A DNA stretch of 63,060 bases, filler included. It is 5 parts of 5 records of this genome, joined end to end, with 100 filler letters (N's around TTAATTAATTAA, not from the genome) between each part and the next. Parts side by side here need not be neighbours in the genome. Positions count along the whole stretch, not along the records: positions 16,891 to 31,813 come from SRR22947725_2229; 4 more parts are not named here. One strand, written 5' to 3'. Below, in pieces: positions 18,873 through 28,730 of this stretch. Both the position numbers and the translations under genes were made by a program. The notes under the pieces were generated by a model, which was not told the DNA's origin, searched no databases, and saw only the letters and a program-made list of their open reading frames with translations. Every line of letters begins with the position of its first letter. Within the stretch, counting starts at the first letter, position 1.

Positions 18873-19853
18873 ATGAAGTTTAATATCTTAATCATTGGTC
18901 AATCCGGGCGCTTGCAATATGAGGCCATTCTGTTTTTGGCCAGTTTGCGCCAATCCGCACCGGATTTTAACGGCCAAGTCTTCGTAGCTGAGCCACAACA
19001 CAACGAACGGTGGGATCAGAACCCGGCAATGACTGATCCTGAAATTCGTGAGATCATTGAGAATTTGGGCGGAAAGATTACGCCTTTTGAGAATACCCAT
19101 TTCGGCGGATACTACCCATATGGCAACAAAATAGAGGCACTCTCTGTCTTGCCCGAGGGCGAGCCCTTCGTCTTTTTTGACACAGACACGTTGATCACAG
19201 GCGCCTTGGACAGGGTGTCTTTTGACTTCGAGCGCCCCTCTGCCTCGCTCAAAGTTGAAGGGACATGGCCGGTGATCGAACTTTACGGCCCCGGATATAC
19301 AGCCACTTGGAAGAGCCTATACGATAAATTTAAGCTCGATTTCGAAAGCAGCTTGGATGTGTCGCAACCGGATGAATATTGGCGGCGGTACCTGTATTTT
19401 AACGCCGGGTATTTCTATTATAAATGCCCCAAAATTTTTGGCGATCGATTTTTAAACTATGCCCTAGCCATCCGCGACGATGGGCCGACGGAGCTTGTCT
19501 GCCAAGAGCTGGACCCATGGCTCGATCAAGTCGCCCTGCCCTTGGTCATCCACAGTTTCGGTGGTGGCCGTGATACGCTTGAGGCCGGCCATTTGGATGG
19601 GACCGTGTCCTGTCACTATCGCCTCTTGCCGTTGCTCTACGCGCGCGAGAGTGATTTGGCGATCAAAACCTTGGAGACGGCCATCGCGCCCAATAAGATC
19701 AAGAAAGTCGTCAAAGCCTATGAGCCCATTCGCCGAATGGTTTACCAAAAACGCGGTGCGAAGGTGCGGGCGCTGTTTGATCAAAATAACCTGCCCCGCA
19801 AAGAGAAACAGATCCGAAACACAATCAAACGCGCCGGATTTTGGATGCGCTGA
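18873..19853 (+). CDS. Hypothetical protein, GT-A fold glycosyltransferase-like (GT8-like motifs)
   Basis: 326-aa ORF with AGGA RBS; FFDTDTLI (DxD), YFNAGYF, WLDQVALP, CHYR. Confidence 0.6.
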   Translation: MKFNILIIGQSGRLQYEAILFLASLRQSAPDFNGQVFVAEPQHNERWDQNPAMTDPEIREIIENLGGKITPFENTHFGGYYPYGNKIEALSVLPEGEPFVFFDTDTLITGALDRVSFDFERPSASLKVEGTWPVIELYGPGYTATWKSLYDKFKLDFESSLDVSQPDEYWRRYLYFNAGYFYYKCPKIFGDRFLNYALAIRDDGPTELVCQELDPWLDQVALPLVIHSFGGGRDTLEAGHLDGTVSCHYRLLPLLYARESDLAIKTLETAIAPNKIKKVVKAYEPIRRMVYQKRGAKVRALFDQNNLPRKEKQIRNTIKRAGFWMR

Positions 19854-19862
19854 TCTGCGGCC

Positions 19863-20279
19863 CTAGTGGCTGGCAAATACCGCCTCTAAATCGGCAAAGC
19901 CCTTAATTTCAATGGGATTGCCGGATGGATCTCTAAAGAACATAGTCCATTGCTCACCGGGTTCGCCTTCAAAGCGCACAGAAGGGGGCAGAATAAAGGC
20001 CACTTGCGCGGCCGCGAGCCGTGCTGCCAAGGCTTGCCACTCCGGCAGGGCCAGAACCATACCGAAATGCGGCATAGGAACCAAATGATCCCCAACATGG
20101 CCGGTGTTTTCAGTTTTCATCACCGGCCCTAGGTGGAACGACAGCTGATGACCAAAAAAATCAAAATCAACCCAACTGCGCGTGCTGCGCCCCTACTTTG
20201 CCCCCAACACCTCGCCATAAAAGACGCGCGTGGTCTCCAAATCTGTCACATTAATCGCAAGATGAAAGGGGGTGAGCAT
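19863..20279 (-). pseudogene. VOC/glyoxalase family gene with in-frame TAG
   Basis: From ATG 20279: MLTPFHLAINVTDLETTRVFYGEVLGAK*GRSTRSWVDFDFFGHQLSFHLG...FFRDPSGNPIEIKGF. TAG at 20195-20193 sits where family members have Glu (EGRS). Confidence 0.75.
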
Positions 20280-20480
20280 GGATGCTTTCCTCAAATTATG
20301 AACCACTCCAGGCCAGTGGCAATAACTTGCCAAGCCCATGCGCGATGATTGGCCTGTTCTCCCGCATAAATCAATTCTCAGGGCATAAATTCATCCTTTT
20401 GACGCATGATCGTTGCACCGCCGACCCGATTATGCGAGTTTCTCAGGGTCTAATGTGGATCTGGCACGTCGATTGAGGGT

Positions 20481-22526
20481 TTGATGACATCAACATTTCT
20501 ACTTCATCTATCCAGTGACAGTATTGACCTTGAGCGCGCGGATGCATCGGGCCATTGGCGTCGGCTTGGATCCGTCTCAATGGACAGCGAAAATCTGACC
20601 AAAGCGCTCGCGCATCTGCGCCAAACGGCGGTGCCGGGCGCGGCAGATGCGCTGGAGGTTCTCGTTGCGCTGCCCGCCGATCAGATCAAGCTTTTGGATC
20701 TGGATCACTCCGACACCAGCAGCGCAGCCTTGCAGCATGCTCTAGCGGGTCAAACCCCTTATGAGTTCCACGAGCTTTGCGTGGATCGTCTGCCCACACC
20801 CCAGGGGCAGAGCCTCGCGGCAATTGCGCAAGAAACGCTTGACGAGGCCGACAGCCTCACCAAGGCCTTTGGCTTTAAAGCTGTGGGTTACGTCGCTCTG
20901 CCGGGCGGCTCTTGGGGCAATAATTTTTCTGTATTTCAAAGGCCTGAAGCTGGCGCCCTAAACCGGCCGAGGCCCTATATCGCAGCGACCCAAGAAGCTG
21001 GAGCCACGGATCTGACGCCCCTTGCGGCCCTGAAAGAGGGCGCCAATTCTGCGCCCCAGCCACCCATCGCAAATCCCACCCCCGCAGCCTCCCCCACGCC
21101 AGAGCTCAGCGCAGGCGCAGCAGATGAAGCGGCCCCAACTCCGCAGATTTCGGCCCATCCAACGGTGCAAGCTGACAGGGCCCCGCTATCGCCCAGCTTA
21201 GGGGCCGCAACAGCGGCTGCACCTGCCCCGCAGGTGACCGAAACCCAAACCGTCCCAGCTGAGACCTTGCCAGCCGCAAGCGCCAAATCGCAGGCCAGCC
21301 AACCCCTGCGAATCGCGCAACGCTTTGCAGGGATCCGCCAACTCCTACGCCCGCGCCCGCGCAAACCCAAAGAGCCAAATCTCACAACACTGCAGGCGCA
21401 GGTCGGCGGAAAGCCAAGATATTTGGGCTTGATCCTGACAACTCTGCTCGTGCTATTCATGTTCACCGTAGCCGCGCTGGCCGCAACACTCGGGCGCGAA
21501 AAAATCTATGTCTGGTTGGGCCTTTCCCCTTCCCAGGGTGAGATGACCGCAGGTCTTCCCGCTGACCCGATCGGGCGGGCCATTGAAATCAGCCTGCAAC
21601 CTTTGGAGCAGCCATCTGCTCCCGTCGAACGAGCTGCGGTCGCACCACAGGCCCGGGATGATGCGGTACAATTGCAAAAGGCAGAGGTCGCCCTCAAAGA
21701 TCCTGAACATGACGCGGAACCGGCCATTGGCCTTACCGCGCAGGAACCGCCAGCGGTCCGCGCTGTGACCGTCAGCCCTGTCACCGAGCCCACCGCCGCG
21801 CCCCCCGCAGACACAAAGGGGCTCATCGCGGCCCGAGATCCCAACCTGCAAAACGAAATAGCGCCCCGTGTACTGGACACGCCTTGGTTGATGCCCGACC
21901 CGCTGCCAGACAAGGACAACCGCGCGCCAGATGTCGCGCAAGATCAAACAGAGACGCCCGCAGACGCCACACCAACGCCCCTTGCAGAACCTGCAATCCA
22001 ACCACCGGTGACGGCGGCACTTGAGCAGACCGATCAGACGGCGGCGCCTGTGCAACCTGACGCCGCACCGCCAGAGGAGGCAAATCCTTTGGCCGCATTC
22101 CGGCCCATGCCGCGCCCCGCTGGCCTGCCGCCGCCCGTGCGGCCAACAACCCTGCCCGAGGGCAAAAGTCTGACGCGCTCGCTGCGGCCGCAATCCCGTC
22201 CGCGCACGATTGAACTGGCGGCGCTCTTGCCGGCGCCGGTGGTGGCCAAACCCTCCGAAATCCAAGCACCCACAGGCACCAGCCGCAAGGCAGTTGCCCG
22301 TTCTGCCACCCGAAAAAATGTGATAAACTTACGCAATATCAATCTAATAGGAATAACGGGCACAAACCGCCTGCGCAACGCGCTCGTGCGCCTGCCCAAT
22401 GGTCAGGTCGTCAAAGTGCGCATCGGAGATCGGTTGGATGGTGGGCGCGTGACGGATATCTCGACCAAAAGCCTCACCTATGCCAAATCTGGCCGTTCAA
22501 TTACTCTGGACATGCCACGCGGATAG
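20481..22526 (+). CDS. Pro/Ala-rich single-pass membrane protein with PilP/GspC-like C-terminus
   Basis: One TM (LGLILTTLLVLFMFTVAALAATL), long P/A-rich linkers, C-terminal LIGITG..ALVRLPNGQVVKVRIGDRLDGGRVTDI beta domain. Confidence 0.65.
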   Translation: MMTSTFLLHLSSDSIDLERADASGHWRRLGSVSMDSENLTKALAHLRQTAVPGAADALEVLVALPADQIKLLDLDHSDTSSAALQHALAGQTPYEFHELCVDRLPTPQGQSLAAIAQETLDEADSLTKAFGFKAVGYVALPGGSWGNNFSVFQRPEAGALNRPRPYIAATQEAGATDLTPLAALKEGANSAPQPPIANPTPAASPTPELSAGAADEAAPTPQISAHPTVQADRAPLSPSLGAATAAAPAPQVTETQTVPAETLPAASAKSQASQPLRIAQRFAGIRQLLRPRPRKPKEPNLTTLQAQVGGKPRYLGLILTTLLVLFMFTVAALAATLGREKIYVWLGLSPSQGEMTAGLPADPIGRAIEISLQPLEQPSAPVERAAVAPQARDDAVQLQKAEVALKDPEHDAEPAIGLTAQEPPAVRAVTVSPVTEPTAAPPADTKGLIAARDPNLQNEIAPRVLDTPWLMPDPLPDKDNRAPDVAQDQTETPADATPTPLAEPAIQPPVTAALEQTDQTAAPVQPDAAPPEEANPLAAFRPMPRPAGLPPPVRPTTLPEGKSLTRSLRPQSRPRTIELAALLPAPVVAKPSEIQAPTGTSRKAVARSATRKNVINLRNINLIGITGTNRLRNALVRLPNGQVVKVRIGDRLDGGRVTDISTKSLTYAKSGRSITLDMPRG

Positions 22527-22531
22527 CGGCT

Positions 22532-23545
22532 TCACGCATCCGAGACCCCGGCTTCGGCAAATGTTGCCATGCCCGAAAGACAGGCCACCGCCCCTTTCAA
22601 AACACCTATAGCCAAGGCACCGCCCGAGCCTTCCCCGAGCCGCAGCCCAAGTGACAACAGCGGCGTCTTGCCAAGATGCTCCAAAAGCCGCGCATGGGCA
22701 CCTTCAGCGCTTTTGTGGCCTGCCTGGGTGTGATCCAAAGCCGCCGGGTTCATCGCATGCAGAACCAAAGCTGACGCAGAACAAATGAACCCATCCAAAA
22801 GTACGGGAATACCATGGGCCCGCGCCGCTGCAATTGATCCGGCCATAGCGGCAATTTCCCGTCCACCGAGAGCCTGCAAAACAGCCAGCGGATCATGCAA
22901 TACCTCAGCATGACGGGCCAATCCTGCCTCCACCACGGAACATTTTTTGGCCAAACCGGCATCATCCACCCCGGTGCCGCGCCCAACCCAATCTTGAACC
23001 GCGCCCCCCAGCAAAGCCGCGGCAATCGCCGCCGCCGGCGTTGTATTGCCGATGCCCATTTCGCCAGCCACAAATAGATCGGCCTGCCGATCCACCGCCC
23101 GCCAGCCGGTTTGCAAAGCGGACAGCAAGTCGGACTCGGTCATTGCCGGCCCCTGGGTGAAATCTTGCGTTGGCCGGTCCAGCTCCAATGCAACCACGTC
23201 CATTTTTGCGCCAAAAGTCTTGGAGATCTGGTTGATCGCCGCGCCACCGGCTTGGAAGTTATAGACCATTTGCTGTGTCACCTCCGGCGGAAATGCCGAG
23301 ACGCCAGCGGCCGCAACCCCATGGTTTCCAGCGAAAATCACAACCTGGGGCGCGTCAATGCGGGGCCGCGCTTGTCCGGACCAACGGGCGTACCAAATCG
23401 CCAAATCCTCCAAATCGCCCAATGCACCGGGCGGTTTTGTCAACTGTGCATTGCGCTCAGTCGCCGCCTGCCCGGCACTGTCATCCGCCGCAGGCAGATT
23501 ACTCATAAAGTCACGAAACTCAGCTACCGAAGAAATGTCACGCAT
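22532..23545 (-). CDS. cobT: Nicotinate-nucleotide--dimethylbenzimidazole phosphoribosyltransferase
   Basis: [45 protein letters not shown]. Confidence 0.95.
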   Translation of the reverse strand: MRDISSVAEFRDFMSNLPAADDSAGQAATERNAQLTKPPGALGDLEDLAIWYARWSGQARPRIDAPQVVIFAGNHGVAAAGVSAFPPEVTQQMVYNFQAGGAAINQISKTFGAKMDVVALELDRPTQDFTQGPAMTESDLLSALQTGWRAVDRQADLFVAGEMGIGNTTPAAAIAAALLGGAVQDWVGRGTGVDDAGLAKKCSVVEAGLARHAEVLHDPLAVLQALGGREIAAMAGSIAAARAHGIPVLLDGFICSASALVLHAMNPAALDHTQAGHKSAEGAHARLLEHLGKTPLLSLGLRLGEGSGGALAIGVLKGAVACLSGMATFAEAGVSDA

Positions 23546-23628
23546 AGTTCATGTAAATCCGTTGATTGCAGTTGATCCTGTGTCTACCGAAGCGCAGAAT
23601 AAGCCGATGCGACGAAAGGACCCGCTTA

Positions 23629-24381
23629 ATGTCTAACTCCGACACATGGTTTCCAAAATGGGACGACATCCCCGCCGCGATCGGCCTGCTCAGCCGCTTG
23701 CCTGTACGCGTTGAAACGCAGCAGGCACAAGCCCGCGGCGCGCATCCAAGTTGGGCCTATGGTCTGGCCGGGGCCCTCTTGGGCGCGCTGGCCGCTTTGG
23801 CCGCCTGGGCAGGGCTCGTGTTGGGCCTGCCGAGCCTTGCCATCGGCCTGCTTGTGGTCGGCACGACAGCATGGGTCACAGGTGCCATGCATTATGACGG
23901 GCTGGCCGATAGTTTGGACGGGCTTTGGGGGGGCTGGAGCCCAAAGCAGCGGCTGGACATCATGAAAGACAGCCATATTGGCGTCTATGGCGTCGTTGGA
24001 CTGACCTGCATCTTGGGCCTGCAAGCCACGCTATATGGCCAGCTGGCGGCGCAGAGCCTTTGGCCCATCCTTGGCGTTATGGCCCTATCGCGGGCCATGA
24101 TGGTGCCGCTGATGACCGCGCTGCCCAATGCCCGCGGGAAGGGATTATCCGCCAGCGTTGGCCGCCCCGCCCCGCAAACTGCCAGCCTAGCCCTTGCGCT
24201 TGGGGCGGCGGTTGCGGCCTTGAGCGGCGCTTGGCCTGCCTTGATCGGGGCGCCTCTTGGTGCTTGGGCCGTTGCTGCAATCGCGAAGCGCAAAATTGGT
24301 GGGCAGACGGGTGATATTTTAGGGGCCTGTCAGCAATGCGCCGAAACCTGCGCCTTGATCTGTCTCGTGGCCTTCCTTTGA
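23629..24381 (+). CDS. cobS: Adenosylcobinamide-GDP ribazoletransferase (cobalamin synthase)
   Basis: LSRLP, TGAMHYDGLADSLDG, IMKDSHIGVYG, GGQTGDILGA. ATG 23629 follows AAGGA. Confidence 0.93.
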   Translation: MSNSDTWFPKWDDIPAAIGLLSRLPVRVETQQAQARGAHPSWAYGLAGALLGALAALAAWAGLVLGLPSLAIGLLVVGTTAWVTGAMHYDGLADSLDGLWGGWSPKQRLDIMKDSHIGVYGVVGLTCILGLQATLYGQLAAQSLWPILGVMALSRAMMVPLMTALPNARGKGLSASVGRPAPQTASLALALGAAVAALSGAWPALIGAPLGAWAVAAIAKRKIGGQTGDILGACQQCAETCALICLVAFL

Positions 24382-24451
24382 GGCCACCTCAGCTGACGCG
24401 GCCCGCGCCGATCCTATTGATCTGTTGCGCGCGTGTCGTGTCACACCCGCT

Positions 24452-24970
24452 CTAGTTGGCGGCCGGAACCACACGCGACATCAGCACATCGGTGATTTCT
24501 TGCCCGGCTGTTGATTCTTCGGCCCCGTTCACCACGGCAATTTCGCGTGTGAGACGCTCAAGTGCGGCTTCATAAAGCTGGCGTTCTGAATAGCTTTGCT
24601 CGCGCTGGTCATCGGTGCGGTGCAAATCACGCACCACCTCGGCAATTGCGATCAAATCACCGGAATTGATCTTTTGCTCATATTCCTGCGCTCTGCGGGA
24701 CCACATAGCGCGTTTCACCTTGGCTTTACCGCGTAGGATTGCCATGGCGTGGGCCACGACATCGGGCGTTGCCAACGGGCGCATACCCACTTCAATCGCC
24801 TTATGAGTTGGCACGCGCAGGGTCATCTTGTCTTTGTCAAAAGCCACAACGAATAACTCAAGATTGATGCCCGCAACCTCTTGCTCATCAACCGCAGTGA
24901 CCTTGCCAACCCCATGGGCAGGATAGACCACATACTCATCAATACGGAAATCAAGTTTCTTCTTACTCAT
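24452..24970 (-). CDS. carD: CarD family transcription factor
   Basis: VVYPAHGVG, MWSRRAQEYEQKINSG, QSYSERQLYE. ATG 24970 follows AAAGGA. Confidence 0.93.
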   Translation of the reverse strand: MSKKKLDFRIDEYVVYPAHGVGKVTAVDEQEVAGINLELFVVAFDKDKMTLRVPTHKAIEVGMRPLATPDVVAHAMAILRGKAKVKRAMWSRRAQEYEQKINSGDLIAIAEVVRDLHRTDDQREQSYSERQLYEAALERLTREIAVVNGAEESTAGQEITDVLMSRVVPAAN

Positions 24971-25122
24971 CTTCGTCCTTTCACGCCGACGCACCGGTGA
25001 ACCTGCTGTAAGGAACCAGCCTTAAGGTCAGATTAAAGAGGATGCGCTTGGCGCTGTGTTAAAACAGCTGTTCATCTGAATGTAGCATATCATATTTTGA
25101 GCGATTGTTAAAGCCGGGCTAT

Positions 25123-25461
25123 TTACCCGCCAGTTCCGGCCGCTTCAGAGAAATATTTCTCTAACTTGCCCTCTTCGCCGTCGCGGGCTTCCGCCTCTGG
25201 AAGCTCGTCTTTTTTAGTAATAATCACAGGCCAGGCCTCGGAATACTTCCGGTTGAAATCCACCCATTTTTCCATATCCGGCTCAGTGTCCGGACGAATA
25301 GCATCGGCGGGACACTCAGGTTCACAAACACCGCAATCAATACATTCATCAGGATGTATAACCAACATATTTTCACCCTCGTAGAAGCAATCTACCGGGC
25401 AGACCTCAACGCAGTCTGTGTATTTACAGGCGATGCAATTATCTGTGACAACATATGTCAT
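25123..25461 (-). CDS. fdxA: 7Fe ferredoxin
   Basis: [29 protein letters not shown]...[12 protein letters not shown]. Confidence 0.95.
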   Translation of the reverse strand: MTYVVTDNCIACKYTDCVEVCPVDCFYEGENMLVIHPDECIDCGVCEPECPADAIRPDTEPDMEKWVDFNRKYSEAWPVIITKKDELPEAEARDGEEGKLEKYFSEAAGTGG

Positions 25462-25529
25462 AATCGTGTTTCCTTTGACTTCACCCTGCGCATAAACCGC
25501 AAGCTGCTCTTTGGCAAGTTACACGCGGC

Positions 25530-25907
25530 TTAGTTCTCTTCAAGTTCTTGCTTAAATTTTTGAATGGCCCGGCGCTCGCGCGCCGTCGGGCGGTGATCGG
25601 CCTTGGGGCTGGCGGTGAAGGCGGGCTTGGGTGCAGGGGGCGCCAAATCGAGATACAGGGCTTGGGCCTCTGGAGCGGGGCCGCGCCGCGTGCCGAGTGC
25701 GCGCACTTCAATCACCCTTGTGTCCAATGCTTTTGGGAAGGTCAGCACATCGCCGACGCTGATCATTCGCGCCGGCTTGGAGATCAGATCGCCATTCAGG
25801 CGCAGCTTACCCGATTGCACCAGCTTTGTGGCCAGGCTCCGCGTCTTAAAAAACCGGGCCTGCCAGAGCCATTTGTCAATTCGAAGACCCGGTTTTGCCT
25901 CACTCAC
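25530..25907 (-). CDS. hslR: RNA-binding S4 domain protein (Hsp15-like)
   Basis: RIDKWLWQARFFKTRSLA, RRGPAPEAQALY, RPTARERR. GTG start overlaps the helicase stop. Confidence 0.85.
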   Translation of the reverse strand: MSEAKPGLRIDKWLWQARFFKTRSLATKLVQSGKLRLNGDLISKPARMISVGDVLTFPKALDTRVIEVRALGTRRGPAPEAQALYLDLAPPAPKPAFTASPKADHRPTARERRAIQKFKQELEEN

Positions 25908-28711
25908 TTTTTGTTAAATCCCTTCAAGGCTGCGGCAAAGGGGTTGTCTGGATCAATCGGCTTGTCGCGTTTGGGGGGGCGAGCTTGAAAGCGCTCCGCC
26001 TTGCCCGAGGTGCCGCCTGGCTTTCCGCCTTTGCCCTTCGGTGCACGCTCTTGCTTGGGCTTACCGCGTGGTTTTTGGCCTTTGCGTGGCCCATCCGCCG
26101 CGCGCTCCACACGTTTCGCGCCCCATGCGAAGGTATAAAACACCTCCATTTCCACAGGCGCCGCCTCCTTGGTGGCATCTTCGCCCTCTGAGGTGGGTGC
26201 CTCGGGCTCTGCTGCTGGGATCTCTGCGGTGGGCGCATCTTCTGGGGCGGTCTCGACCGCCGCCGGCATCGCGTCGCCTGAAACTTCCGCATCACTGGCA
26301 GGCCCCGAAGCCACCGGTTCTGCCGCGGGCGCTTTCACCTTGACCCGCTCCGCCTTTTCCGCGCGATACCCTAGGCCCTGCATCAAATTGGCAAATTGCT
26401 CCAACGTCATGCCGGTGATCGACAGCATATCCGCCGTGGCTTCAAATCCACCACGCGTGTCCTGAGTGCGCAGCATATCTGCCAGGCGTTCAGCCATATC
26501 GACACGCAAAGCCCGTTCGCCAGCGGCGCGATACCCAGATTTCAAATGATATCCCGCGGGCTTTGTCTCATCGGTCGGCACAGTCACCAGACCCGGCGGC
26601 GGCGCCTCGGGAAATTCTTGCAGGCCGGAGGCCAAAGACCAAAGCAACAACCGCAAGCGCGTTGGCGCGGGTTTGAGCAACAACGGCATGAAGATGGTAA
26701 ACTGGCCAAATCGGATGCCATGCTTGCGCAAGGCGCTGCGCGCCTCTTGATCCAAGGATTTAACGTCCTCGCCCACATCCGCCCGGTCTAAAACACCCAG
26801 CCCTTCGATCATCTGAAACGCAAAGCCGCGCGCCATGCCCGTGAGGCTTTCGTCGCGCTGCATATTGATCAATGGCTCAAATAAAGTGGCTATTTTACGA
26901 TCAATGAAATGCTGCAGACGTCGCGTTACCTTCTCAGCCACTTCTGGTCCGGCCTCGACATCGACAAAGGCCTGCACATGCGGTTTGAGCGCATTTGAGC
27001 CGGGAATCAGCTTGCCCACCGCCGAGCTGCCCCACATCAGGCCGCCTTGTTCGGTGAAATCAATTTCCGTATCTGGCGCATTATACATCCGATCAGCCCG
27101 AAGGTGGAACTCGGGGGCCAAGGCTTGAAGACTTGCGCTGCGGAGCGTCTTGGCCTCATCGGGGGACGCGCTGGCATCTTGCCGAAATTGAAATCCCTCA
27201 AGCCGCCCAACAAACTGCTCTTCTACTGTTACTTCGCCATCTTTATTCACGTCGGCCACAAGGCTCTCCTTCTGTTTCAATCGCCGCATCAAAATAGATG
27301 TGCGCCGATCGACAAATCTTTGGGTCAGCGCGATATGCAGCGCGTCTGACAAGCGGTCTTCTACAGCACGGGTCGCTTCGCGCCAATGTTCATGATCTTG
27401 GGCCCATTCTTTGCGTTGTGCAACATAGGTCCATGTGCGGATATAGGCTAACCTTTTTGACAGGGCGTCAATGTCACCCTTGGTATTATCTAAACTATTT
27501 ATGCTCCGCGCGAGCCAATCTTGCGGAATTTGGCCCTTTTCATGCAAATAGTTGTAAATAACACCCAGAAGCTCGGCATGTTGCCGGTTTGAGATGCTTC
27601 GAAAATCAGGGATTCGGCAGACGTCCCAGAGCAGCGCAACCGAGGCGCCATCGCTTGCGCGCGCCGCAACCTCTGCATCTTGCACCAAAGTCTTAAGCGC
27701 AGCCAAATCGCAGCTTTCGCGCACACGGGTCAGCCATTCATTGCTGGTATGTTGTTCCAGCGCAGAGATCAGCGCTTTGGTGGAGCCAAATTGCAGCTTG
27801 GCATTGCGCCAATATAGCTTGGTCAAAGGCGCAAACCGATTTTCGGTAATGGCCTCAACCAATTCATCGTGCAAAGGCGCAGCTTCACCGGTCACGCCGA
27901 AGCTGCCGTTATTCATATGTCGTCCAGCACGGCCTGCGATTTGCGCCAGTTCAGTTGGCAAAAGCGGTCGCATGCGGTTGCCATCAAATTTCGATGTCGC
28001 TGAAAACGCCACATGATTCACATCCAAATTGAGCCCCATGCCAATGGCATCGGTGGCCACAAGGTAATCCACATCGCCGTTTTGATACATTTCAACCTGC
28101 GCATTGCGCGTCCGCGGGCTCAAAGCCCCCATGACCACCGCCGCCCCGCCCTTTTGGCGCCGCAGCAGTTCGGCAATTCCATAGACATTATCAACGCTAA
28201 ACGAGACAATGGCAGAGCGTTCCGGCATGCGGCTGATTTTCTTTTGCCCGCTGTAGCTCAGCTCGGAAAACCTCTCCCGATGCATAAAATCCGCAGTCGG
28301 AACCAAAGCCGCAATGGCCTTTCGCATGGTCTCTGCACCCAAAAAGAGCGTTTCATGCAAGCCGCGCGCGCGCAGCAGGCGATCCGTGAACACATGACCG
28401 CGCTCAGGATCGGCGCAGAGTTGGATCTCATCTACCGCGAGAAAGTCACAGCCCATACCCTCGGGCATGGCCTCAACGGTACAGACCCAATATTTCGCGC
28501 GCGGCGGCACAATGCGCTCCTCGCCGGTCACCAAAGCCACAACAGACGGCCCCCGAAGCGCTGCGATTTTGTCATAAACCTCGCGTGCCAGCAATCGCAG
28601 GGGCAATCCCATGATTCCCGTACGATGCCCCAGCATCCGTTCAATGGCATAATGGGTTTTGCCCGTGTTGGTCGGGCCTAAAACGGCCACAATTCGGTTA
28701 TTTGGAGCCAT
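25904..28711 (-). CDS. SF2 helicase, Suv3-like
   Basis: LGPTNTGKT, PLRLLARE, DEIQ, VATDAIGMGLN, QIAGRAGR; acidic P/A-rich then basic C-terminal tail. Confidence 0.88.
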   Translation of the reverse strand: MAPNNRIVAVLGPTNTGKTHYAIERMLGHRTGIMGLPLRLLAREVYDKIAALRGPSVVALVTGEERIVPPRAKYWVCTVEAMPEGMGCDFLAVDEIQLCADPERGHVFTDRLLRARGLHETLFLGAETMRKAIAALVPTADFMHRERFSELSYSGQKKISRMPERSAIVSFSVDNVYGIAELLRRQKGGAAVVMGALSPRTRNAQVEMYQNGDVDYLVATDAIGMGLNLDVNHVAFSATSKFDGNRMRPLLPTELAQIAGRAGRHMNNGSFGVTGEAAPLHDELVEAITENRFAPLTKLYWRNAKLQFGSTKALISALEQHTSNEWLTRVRESCDLAALKTLVQDAEVAARASDGASVALLWDVCRIPDFRSISNRQHAELLGVIYNYLHEKGQIPQDWLARSINSLDNTKGDIDALSKRLAYIRTWTYVAQRKEWAQDHEHWREATRAVEDRLSDALHIALTQRFVDRRTSILMRRLKQKESLVADVNKDGEVTVEEQFVGRLEGFQFRQDASASPDEAKTLRSASLQALAPEFHLRADRMYNAPDTEIDFTEQGGLMWGSSAVGKLIPGSNALKPHVQAFVDVEAGPEVAEKVTRRLQHFIDRKIATLFEPLINMQRDESLTGMARGFAFQMIEGLGVLDRADVGEDVKSLDQEARSALRKHGIRFGQFTIFMPLLLKPAPTRLRLLLWSLASGLQEFPEAPPPGLVTVPTDETKPAGYHLKSGYRAAGERALRVDMAERLADMLRTQDTRGGFEATADMLSITGMTLEQFANLMQGLGYRAEKAERVKVKAPAAEPVASGPASDAEVSGDAMPAAVETAPEDAPTAEIPAAEPEAPTSEGEDATKEAAPVEMEVFYTFAWGAKRVERAADGPRKGQKPRGKPKQERAPKGKGGKPGGTSGKAERFQARPPKRDKPIDPDNPFAAALKGFNKK

Positions 28712-28730
28712 TGGCCAATCCCTTAAGGGG

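Noticed and set aside
23546..23628. Cobalamin riboswitch between cobT and cobS
   Set aside because: The intergenic region is only about 80 nt and lacks a recognisable B12 box.
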